A DNA stretch of 64,000 bases from an uncultured Nitrospiraceae bacterium (lineage in GTDB: Bacteria > Nitrospirota > Nitrospiria > Nitrospirales > Nitrospiraceae), in the NCBI GenBank assembly GCA_963846575.1, contig CAWJWJ010000002.1:224001-288000 (forward strand). The letters are read 5' to 3'. The translations under genes and the position numbers were made by a program. Shown here piece after piece: positions 22,308 through 29,510 of the stretch (position 1 is the stretch's first letter; each line of letters begins with the position of its first letter). The notes below the pieces were generated by a model. The model saw nothing but the letters and a program-made list of their open reading frames with translations, was not told the DNA's origin and did no database searches.

Positions 22308-22440
22308 TTGTCCTCACTCCCGCGTGTGCCCCTCCAAACTCCACACTCCAGGCCCGGCTGACAGCCTCCACGGGGACTCCGTCGGCGTCTTCACTGCTCC
22401 AACGGCTGTCCGATAGTCGACAATGAGATCCGTTTTCAGC

Positions 22441-22459
22441 GAAGTTGAGAATGGTAGTC
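22441..22459. promoter_or_regulatory. Fur-box-like site upstream of bfr genes
   Basis: GAAGTTGAGAATGGTAGTC, 11/19 match to GATAATGATAATCATTATC; shares GAARTTGAKAA with the sites at 28759 and 36623; TTGACA at 22480-22485. Confidence 0.6.
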
Positions 22460-22598
22460 AAATCTACGTAACTTAAGACTTGACAACACCCACCCGTTCT
22501 TCATACAGATACTCATATGAGTAGGGGTGTCGAGGCGACGACTGGGCAATGAGGCCGGTCGCGCGGCCATAACGGGTGCTCTCGGAAGGAGGGAAGCG

Positions 22599-23075
22599 AT
22601 GAAGGCTAAGCAGGGGGTCATCGAGCTGCTGAACAAGGTGCTCACGGCGGATCTGACCGCTATCAACCAATATTTTGTGCATGCCAAGATGTGCTCGAAT
22701 TGGGGCTATGACCGATTGCATCACCATGTGCGGCAGCGTTCGTTCGATGAAATGAAGGATGCTGAGGAATTGATCGAGCATATCCTATATCTGGAAGGCG
22801 TCCCGAATTTGCAGCGCATGAACACGGTGCATGTTGGAGAAACCGTGCCCGAACAGTTCAAGGCGGACCTGAAAGCCGAACAGGAGATGCTGAGCCTCTT
22901 GAGTGAAGGCGTGGTGCACTGCACAAAGGTGGGTGACTTTACGACACGCCATATGTTTGAAGACATGGTGAAGGATGTCGATCAGCATATCGATTGGATC
23001 GAGACCCAGATGGAGACGGTCAAGCAAATCGGTCTTGAAATGTATTTGGCTGAGCAGATTAAGAAGGAAAGCTAA
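22599..23075 (+). CDS. bfr: Bacterioferritin subunit, heme-binding type
   Basis: Colinear with E. coli Bfr numbering; Met52 kept, ferroxidase ligands altered (E18D, H54D, E127V); ATG 22599 after AGGAGG. Confidence 0.93.
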   Translation: MKAKQGVIELLNKVLTADLTAINQYFVHAKMCSNWGYDRLHHHVRQRSFDEMKDAEELIEHILYLEGVPNLQRMNTVHVGETVPEQFKADLKAEQEMLSLLSEGVVHCTKVGDFTTRHMFEDMVKDVDQHIDWIETQMETVKQIGLEMYLAEQIKKES

Positions 23076-23082
23076 CTGAATT

Positions 23083-23562
23083 ATGAAAGCGAAAGCAGGG
23101 GTCATTGAGTTCCTGAATCAGGTTTTGAAGTCGGAATTGACGGCAGTGCATCAATATCTACTGCACTCTGCCATGTGCAAAAGTTGGGGGTATGGACGGC
23201 TCCATGAGCATTTTCAACACCTTGCCAATGAGGAGGTCGGCCATTCTTCTGGTTTGATCGATCATCTTCTCTATCTCGAGGGGACTCCTGATGTCGCGCA
23301 TCTTGATCAGGTCAGCGGAGGGAGCACGGTGGCGGACCTGTTGAAGGCGGATCTTGAATTCGAGCGTGAGGATGTGGAACTGCTTCGGGAGGCTGTTGCG
23401 CACTGCTCTAAGGCGGGCGATTTTACGACGCGGCATCTGTTCGAGCACATGATCATCGATACCGAAGAACACATCGACTGGTTCGAAACACAGCTGCGCA
23501 CGATCGACCAGGTGGGACTGCCTGCCTATTTGGCCGAGCACATTAAAGCCGACAAAAATTAA
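23083..23562 (+). CDS. bfr: Bacterioferritin subunit, ferroxidase type
   Basis: E18, E51, H54, E94, H130 kept; Met52 replaced by Val; position 127 is Thr. Confidence 0.93.
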   Translation: MKAKAGVIEFLNQVLKSELTAVHQYLLHSAMCKSWGYGRLHEHFQHLANEEVGHSSGLIDHLLYLEGTPDVAHLDQVSGGSTVADLLKADLEFEREDVELLREAVAHCSKAGDFTTRHLFEHMIIDTEEHIDWFETQLRTIDQVGLPAYLAEHIKADKN

Positions 23563-23578
23563 TGGATGGACCCGCATC

Positions 23579-23620
23579 AAGGCCGGCCGTCTTGCCCGTT
23601 TGATGCAGACGGCTGGCCTT
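23579..23620. terminator. Hairpin between convergent bfr and AraC genes
   Basis: AAGGCCGGCCGTCT / AGACGGCTGGCCTT 14-bp stem with one G-U; no long U tract. Confidence 0.55.
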
Positions 23621-23809
23621 ATCCTCGGCTACGCGGGGCTGTTCCTCCTACCGAATAGTTGACCTCCGTTCATTTCAGCGTCTGCTTGAGGCTTCCACGC
23701 TCGCTTCCCTGGTTCTTCGCTCGACCTGCCTTCCATGACCAACGCAGACTTATCTTGGATGTCAGCAATCCGAGTGATACGGCTCTCCGAGGAGTCAAAC
23801 CACGCGCCA

Positions 23810-24319
23810 CTAGGCCGGACGGTGCTGCTGCGCCCGAAATCCAAGAGGCGAGTGCCCGGTGGCACGTTTAAAAAAATGGCTGAAAGCGATTTGATTCCTG
23901 AACCCCAATGCCACCGCAATTTCCGATACCGTGTGTCCGGTGGTGGCCAATAACATTCCGGCCTGTTCGACACGTTGCCGTTTGACATAGCCAGAAAACG
24001 ATTCCCCCATTACTCTGTGAAAAAGGCCGGAGGAATACTTTTCCGAGTAGCCCAGGAAACGCGCCAAAATTTTGAGTGTGATCCCCCTGTTGAGATTCTT
24101 GCTGATGTACCGGGCGATGGTCTCGGACAGCGCGTCGCCCGCGGGCGGGGTCTCTCTTTCCTGCTCCAGCGAATTTTCCAGATTGAAGAGAAGGCACACA
24201 AGGTTGAGCAAATCCTGTTTCGAGCGGGCTTGGCTGATACGGTCGGCCCAGTGGGGCGCATGCGGTCGGAGTTCCGAGGAGAGTGCTTCCAGTCGAGCAA
24301 GGGGAATGATTGGAGTCAT
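23810..24319 (-). CDS. Short AraC-family transcriptional regulator
   Basis: Double HTH: ITLKILARFLGYSEKYSSGLF...VSEIAVALGFRNQIAFSHFFKRATGHSPLGFR; ATGA overlap with HD-GYP gene. Confidence 0.85.
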   Translation of the reverse strand: MTPIIPLARLEALSSELRPHAPHWADRISQARSKQDLLNLVCLLFNLENSLEQERETPPAGDALSETIARYISKNLNRGITLKILARFLGYSEKYSSGLFHRVMGESFSGYVKRQRVEQAGMLLATTGHTVSEIAVALGFRNQIAFSHFFKRATGHSPLGFRAQQHRPA

Positions 24320-25173
24320 CGTTTGGCCGTTCGTGAGAAGTAAAGGTTGCTATCTCGTTGCTTCGGGGATTCGTGAGAGGCCGTTCTCGTGCTCTGAGCG
24401 GGCCCTCGGGTTGCCTGGGGAAGAAAGGAAAACTGGTTGAGTGCTTGCTCGTCGAGTAAGCGGCTGAAGGTTGCGAGCAGAGCCGGGTCGAATTGTGTCC
24501 CTGAGGATGCACGAAGAGTTCGCAGCGCAGCGTCAAGCGACTCCGATCGACTGGCGATTGCGTCGAAGCTGTCCGCGATGGCAAGGATTCTGGCTGCTAG
24601 AGGAATGTAGGTGCCCCGGAGTCCATAGGGGTACCCTGCTCCGTCCCAGCGCTCGTGATGATGAGCGATGAGCATTGCCGACTCAGAGAGAAATCGATAG
24701 GGACTCAAGAGTGCCGCACCCGCACGGGGGTGGCTCTGGACAAGGACATATTCTTCCAAAGTTAGAGACGAGGCCTCGTCGAGAAGCCCGGCGGGGAGGG
24801 TCAAGAGTCCAATGTCGTGGAGAAGCGCCGCATACTGTAAGGAGGTCACCTCTTCGTCGGTCAAACCGACCGCATGAGACATGACCTCAGCATAGTGGGC
24901 CGTACGTTCTCCGTGACCCACATGGTCGGGGAACGACGCTTCGAGTTGTCGTGCCACATGTCTGAGTTCCTGCAGCCGGACCTGCTTCAGCAGTTCATCA
25001 GGCAACCGTCGCTCATTCAGAGCCGTCAGCTGTGACGCGATTTCCCGCATGAGGTCTATGGTGCAGTTAGGGGCTTCTCTCGAAGTCAGCATAAGTAGGT
25101 TCCCCGGAAAGGCAGAGCCCGAGAACACTGTTGTGATCTCGGGCTCTGGGTGCAAACCTCTGGCCGCAGTCAT
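24316..25173 (-). CDS. Stand-alone HD-GYP domain protein
   Basis: GHGERTA, LLHDIG, QSHP, HHERWDGAGYP, IADSFD, GTQFDP; exact start uncertain. Confidence 0.88.
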   Translation of the reverse strand: MTAARGLHPEPEITTVFSGSAFPGNLLMLTSREAPNCTIDLMREIASQLTALNERRLPDELLKQVRLQELRHVARQLEASFPDHVGHGERTAHYAEVMSHAVGLTDEEVTSLQYAALLHDIGLLTLPAGLLDEASSLTLEEYVLVQSHPRAGAALLSPYRFLSESAMLIAHHHERWDGAGYPYGLRGTYIPLAARILAIADSFDAIASRSESLDAALRTLRASSGTQFDPALLATFSRLLDEQALNQFSFLPQATRGPAQSTRTASHESPKQRDSNLYFSRTAKR

Positions 25174-25201
25174 AACCGGAATTAAATGTTTCGTTAGGTC
25201 A

Positions 25202-25717
25202 TCAGTGCTCTGTGCGCTTCCCCGCCATTAGGGGTTGTTTGAGCACCCACATCTCATAGATGGGGATCACAAACATGATCAAAAAACCGACTGTCATGAA
25301 CGTATCCCCCGTAAGCATGGTGAGGACAAAAAAAGGAGACACGTAACTGATCATCCAAGGGGAGACGAGATCCAGCATGACTCCACCGAATGAAATCCAT
25401 GTCGTAACCACCTTGAGGCGGTTACTGGTATTGGTGAGATAGAGTACGTGCACCAGGATGATGAAGACCACGGGCATCGTGAACAAGTGAAAGTGTGTGA
25501 TCTCGGCGAGCTCGCGGAATGACATGGGCTCGCCGAATGTCGCGTTGGAACCACGGTAGTGATCGGCAATGCCTTGAGGCGACAATCCGGTCATACTGTG
25601 AGCCCAGAAAAAGGAGAATGTGAAGCCGGCTAACATCAGGGCGAGGAAAAAGGTGTAGACCAACCGGATATGGCGATCCGAGTCCCGGAGGCGAAAACGA
25701 GAGTTAAAATTGCGCAT
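25202..25717 (-). CDS. Four-TM inner-membrane protein with histidines H40, H53, H75, H77, H90
   Basis: Four hydrophobic segments; ADHYRG and ELAEITHFHLFTMP...LVH; 12 bp from the FMN-binding gene. Confidence 0.8.
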   Translation of the reverse strand: MRNFNSRFRLRDSDRHIRLVYTFFLALMLAGFTFSFFWAHSMTGLSPQGIADHYRGSNATFGEPMSFRELAEITHFHLFTMPVVFIILVHVLYLTNTSNRLKVVTTWISFGGVMLDLVSPWMISYVSPFFVLTMLTGDTFMTVGFLIMFVIPIYEMWVLKQPLMAGKRTEH

Positions 25718-25729
25718 CTCGGGTGAGGC

Positions 25730-26407
25730 TCAGTTTCCAAAAATAGATTTGAAGAAGCCCTTCTCGGATTTTTGGGCTGTAATAGTGTCGCTGCCTTGAC
25801 CCATGGGTTTGAGGTAAAACTCATCGACGAGCACTAACACTCGTTTAATTCCGGCGCTCATGGAACGGACAGACATGGTGGCTCCGCTGATATTGATGAT
25901 ATCTTTATTAATTCGCACCGGATCCAATACCGATTTGCCTTCGTATTGTGAGTTAAAACGCTTTGTCCGTACCTCGCTCCCACGTGCTTCCCGGAAGATG
26001 AGGAGCTCAATATTCGAGACGCGGCCTCGAGCATCCACCCCGACCATATATGTCATGGGCTTGTGTTTGCCGATGGTATTCTGTATGAAGGCATAGCCAT
26101 CGACGTGCCCGCCGGTCTCGCCAATATACACATCAAATGCTTCCTCGGGAAACTTCCAGCCGATTCGGTCTTCGATTACCGATTTCTTGTCTATCGGAAC
26201 CTGTAGCTGTTCCTTTCTGATATGTCCGGACTTCGGAAACATCAGTTTAACTGCCTCATCCTCTGTCAGGTATACTTCGGCCATCAGCATTTCTTGATCG
26301 GTTAAATAGCGCTTGAGCTCGCTATCCCAAACGCGCTCTGCAAACACTTCGACCGGAGATAGCGCGAAGACTATTATCAGCCAGATAATGAGCGGTAGAG
26401 CCTTCAT
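25730..26407 (-). CDS. Exported FMN-binding-domain protein (ApbE flavinylation substrate)
   Basis: Signal peptide; TIGKHKPMTYMVGVD..G.V..IE, F.SQYEGKS and the flavinylation motif ISGATMS (Thr177). Confidence 0.88.
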   Translation of the reverse strand: MKALPLIIWLIIVFALSPVEVFAERVWDSELKRYLTDQEMLMAEVYLTEDEAVKLMFPKSGHIRKEQLQVPIDKKSVIEDRIGWKFPEEAFDVYIGETGGHVDGYAFIQNTIGKHKPMTYMVGVDARGRVSNIELLIFREARGSEVRTKRFNSQYEGKSVLDPVRINKDIINISGATMSVRSMSAGIKRVLVLVDEFYLKPMGQGSDTITAQKSEKGFFKSIFGN

Positions 26408-26868
26408 GTGGGCACACAGCCTTGTTCGGTTAGCTTTGCGTTGATTCTATCGATGATTTGATTCGTGGCCTCTTCCGATGGTTCTGCGGGCCACCATTTG
26501 GTGGCTTGTGACGTCGCTCCGCCGCGGGCGTGCCATCGCTGCCGGGTTTCCAAGACACTTACAGAGGCCACGTCGTTCGTTCGCTTCACGGCCACGCTCA
26601 TGCGGGCTCGTTCCCTATTCCCAAAGCCTTCGCGGCTAAAGATTCCAAACGATCGCTCTGAGAGAGGTGCGACATCCATCCATGCACCTTCGATCAGCCC
26701 TTTGCCCTTGTCGGACGAAGCAACGGATTGCCCCTTCATGGTATCGAGTGCGGCATCCCATACCACGTCATAAGAGCACACATAATATTGGTCCCGGCTC
26801 CCGCTCAGGGCGGCGCAGCCAGACAAGAGAATGGTAAGAGCTGTTACTGCAAGGCGTGAGGTGCGCAC
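26404..26868 (-). CDS. Lipoprotein of unknown function
   Basis: GTG at 26868 after AAGGAG gives MRTSRLAVTALTILLSGC (lipobox LSGC); ATGA overlap with the FMN-binding gene. Confidence 0.78.
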   Translation of the reverse strand: MRTSRLAVTALTILLSGCAALSGSRDQYYVCSYDVVWDAALDTMKGQSVASSDKGKGLIEGAWMDVAPLSERSFGIFSREGFGNRERARMSVAVKRTNDVASVSVLETRQRWHARGGATSQATKWWPAEPSEEATNQIIDRINAKLTEQGCVPT

Positions 26869-26893
26869 GGCGTCTGCTACTCCTTGTAATTCG

Positions 26894-26926
26894 GAGCGAT
26901 CCCTCCCTAGGAGAGAGGGATCGCTC
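26894..26926. other. Perfect 12-bp intercistronic hairpin after the porin gene
   Basis: GAGCGATCCCTC-N9-GAGGGATCGCTC; no U tract. Confidence 0.7.
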
Positions 26927-26935
26927 GCGTCGAGG

Positions 26936-28411
26936 CTAGAAATACGTTGCTGCTGAAAGCACAACTGCACTGTCGTGAATTCGTTCCCCGGTATTCGGAT
27001 TAAATGCCTTGGGCATGTACTGATAGCTGATCTTAAAGACCGCATCCTCGACGGGGCGATAATTCAGGCCGAAGGAGATTTGCTCCAACTCTCCCTGATT
27101 TTCGCCGCGATTATCGCGGTTTAAATTTACGCGGTCATACCGAACCACAGCCGTGAATGTGGATCCTTCTCCAAATCGCCTCGGTGAAAATTTAGACAGA
27201 AACGCCGGCATGAAGTGGTAGTTGCCTTGGACGTAGAACCCTTGCATTCGCTGCGGAGGGGCAGCAAATGAGTTCAATGTGTTCAGACCACTCAGCAACG
27301 TGCCAGGGGTTTGGAAAGTTGCACCTTGAATTGCACGAGAGTTGCCTCTCGAATACGCCCAAGCCGCTTCGCCGATAAGCTCGAACGGCCCCCGTTGAAG
27401 CGTCCAGTCTACTGCTGCGATGCTCAGTGGGTTGTAACTGGTGGGAGATGCATTCCCGAAGTAGCCGGACCCTGCGATCTCGACGCCGAGCATAGGGCTG
27501 TAGGCCATGCGACCGGATACAGCTTTGCCATTATTAATGTCAAAACCGTCATCTGATCCACATTTGCGTTGACGGGAATTCTTTGTGCCGTTCTCCTCAC
27601 TGATACGTGGAGAGCCATCTTGATTGTAACCGCAAGGACCTGTGGTCACATAGAACTCATAGTCCAACTTGCTCGTGCGGCCCGGATAGAGGGTGCCGTA
27701 AAACCCAGCGCCCGTTTCGGACATTGTTGACGGGATGATCAAGCGGCTGACAATTGGCCGATCGGTCAAATCGTTCAAAGGCGAGTCATGCAGCAAGTTA
27801 AATTTGCCGATGGGAATCAGCAAGATACCTGCTCGGATGTTAAAAGGTTCATTTACAAGATAGTCGATATGGGCGAACTCCAGGCTGATTTCGTTGTCAC
27901 TGGTCCCTCTAATCCCATGCTCGATTTCGATTTCAGAGGCAAACTTCACATGCTCCGTAATGTCTGCATAAATGAAGGGCACGAAACGCTGTTGATCGAA
28001 TCCGTTCGTCGTACCATTGCCGAAGCCGCCGGTCTCTAGGACGCCTCTACGGTGCGAGCGGTACTGGATGTCCATGTAGCCGCCCACAATAGCTTTTGGA
28101 GCTGCGACGAAGGGCTTTGCGTATACGAGGCGGCCCGAACCAGTTGAACCAAAGCCCAGGGCAGGTTGTTTGTCAGCCCGTCGTTCTTTGCCTACATCAG
28201 GAAGGTTGCCAATCCCGGGTTCCTCAGCCTCTGCGATCGGGCGCTCCCGTCGCTCCATGACACCTTCCCGTCGGTCGTGCTCGTGCAACCGCTGTTCTAC
28301 TGCTTCATCTACTAACTTTTTGATTTCCTCCGGGGTCATGTTTTCCGCCAATGCCGGCATGGCCGGTAATGTAGCCAGAACGAGAGCCCCGAGGAGTGCC
28401 CGCATCTTCAT
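26936..28411 (-). CDS. Outer-membrane beta-barrel porin-like protein (491 aa)
   Basis: ATG 28411 after GGAGG; signal peptide ending ALA; short coiled coil; amphipathic strands; C-terminal SAATYF barrel signal. Confidence 0.85.
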   Translation of the reverse strand: MKMRALLGALVLATLPAMPALAENMTPEEIKKLVDEAVEQRLHEHDRREGVMERRERPIAEAEEPGIGNLPDVGKERRADKQPALGFGSTGSGRLVYAKPFVAAPKAIVGGYMDIQYRSHRRGVLETGGFGNGTTNGFDQQRFVPFIYADITEHVKFASEIEIEHGIRGTSDNEISLEFAHIDYLVNEPFNIRAGILLIPIGKFNLLHDSPLNDLTDRPIVSRLIIPSTMSETGAGFYGTLYPGRTSKLDYEFYVTTGPCGYNQDGSPRISEENGTKNSRQRKCGSDDGFDINNGKAVSGRMAYSPMLGVEIAGSGYFGNASPTSYNPLSIAAVDWTLQRGPFELIGEAAWAYSRGNSRAIQGATFQTPGTLLSGLNTLNSFAAPPQRMQGFYVQGNYHFMPAFLSKFSPRRFGEGSTFTAVVRYDRVNLNRDNRGENQGELEQISFGLNYRPVEDAVFKISYQYMPKAFNPNTGERIHDSAVVLSAATYF

Positions 28412-28545
28412 GGGTATCCTCCATCCGCGAGTTAGGGTTAGGTGTGACTCGGGACTCAAAGGTCTCTGGTCTATAAAGAAAACATGAGTATGAGATCGAT
28501 GATCTGGATGTGTGCCGGTGACGATGCCTCCTTTGCTATGTCGAA

Positions 28546-28725
28546 TCATGCTGTGACGGTGCCCCAGCCTTCGATCGAGGTGAATGGAATGACGACGATG
28601 CGTTTGCAACGTTTGCATTTCAACTCAAGCCCTTGCCCGCGAACCTTGGCGATCAGCTGCCCGCATTCGCAACGAGTCTCACTGCCATGACAGGACGGGA
28701 GCGTCGGGGGCGTCGTGTCGATCAT
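28546..28725 (-). CDS. 59-aa zinc-ribbon protein (Com-like), not in the ORF track
   Basis: Hand translation: MIDTTPPTLPSCHGSETRCECGQLIAKVRGQGLELKCKRCKRIVVIPFTSIEGWGTVTA; CxC-x15-CxxC; weak SD. Confidence 0.72.
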   Translation of the reverse strand: MIDTTPPTLPSCHGSETRCECGQLIAKVRGQGLELKCKRCKRIVVIPFTSIEGWGTVTA

Positions 28726-28758
28726 AGGTTCGGCTATTCTTCTGCTGTGGTTTTAGAT

Positions 28759-28805
28759 GAAATTGAGAACGATTATTAGTATCTCGATGGAGTCTGGAAT
28801 GTCAA
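28759..28805 (-). promoter_or_regulatory. Sigma70-type promoter with overlapping Fur-box-like site for the zinc-ribbon/porin operon
   Basis: Minus strand TTGACA (28805-28800)-N16-GATACT; box GAAATTGAGAACGATTATT (28759-28777), 13/19 to the Fur consensus. Confidence 0.72.
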
Positions 28806-28873
28806 GTCTGTTGTGCGGGTCGTTCAGGCCCTGCCGGCGTGCATTCTTGAACTGCGGTACCTATAATTAGTTT

Positions 28874-29500
28874 ATGGTTCGACATATGCTTGGGCCCGTG
28901 TGCTGGCTGGTGATGGCGCTCACAGTCTGGTTGGGCGGCCCGTCGGGGTGCATCCGGGAGGTCTCGGCCGTCGCTAATCCAGAGGCAGGTCCGACCGTGC
29001 TGGTCGTGGGGCGCGCCCTGTCAGTGATCACCGGGGACCGTTCCCGGCGGTTTGAGCCGGAAGTGCGTCGCATGGAGCTCATGCAACGCCGGACCGGTCA
29101 GCGATACCGTGTGATGGTCAAGGGAGAGGATAAAATGTTTGCCTTTTTTCTTCCGGCAGGAGACTACGACATTACGCGAGTGCAAATTAACGAAGGGCCT
29201 TTTCTGTCCATGGCGAAGATGTCCTCCTCCTTCACGCTAGGACGTGATCCTGTCGCGTATGTCGGGGACTGGCGTTTTGGAGTCGAGTCACCGCGGTATG
29301 GACGTATGATGCTGGTGTCCATGGAAGCTCAAGACGACACGCGAGAAGTCGTCGTGCGCAAGATTCGAGAGGAGTATCCTGACCTCGCCGCGGCACCCCT
29401 GACCACCGTAATCCCTTCTCCCGCAGAATCACAGACCCGGCTTTTCGAAGTGTCGCCCTATCCCCGAGTCCCCAAATATTTTCAACGCCATAACTGGTAG
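28874..29500 (+). CDS. Exported protein or probable lipoprotein of unknown function
   Basis: Hydrophobic N-terminus ending PSGC; beta-rich F.LPAGDY motif; 10 bp upstream of apbE. Confidence 0.72.
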   Translation: MVRHMLGPVCWLVMALTVWLGGPSGCIREVSAVANPEAGPTVLVVGRALSVITGDRSRRFEPEVRRMELMQRRTGQRYRVMVKGEDKMFAFFLPAGDYDITRVQINEGPFLSMAKMSSSFTLGRDPVAYVGDWRFGVESPRYGRMMLVSMEAQDDTREVVVRKIREEYPDLAAAPLTTVIPSPAESQTRLFEVSPYPRVPKYFQRHNW

Positions 29501-29510
29501 GAGGGGTTTC

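Noticed and set aside
22308..22598. Possible bfd ferredoxin gene next to bfr
   Set aside because: No small ORF with the CxC...CxxC Bfd pattern found in this spacer
28412..28618. 69-aa N-terminal extension of the porin in the ORF track
   Set aside because: SD and signal peptide point to ATG 28411; the extension overlaps the zinc-ribbon ORF
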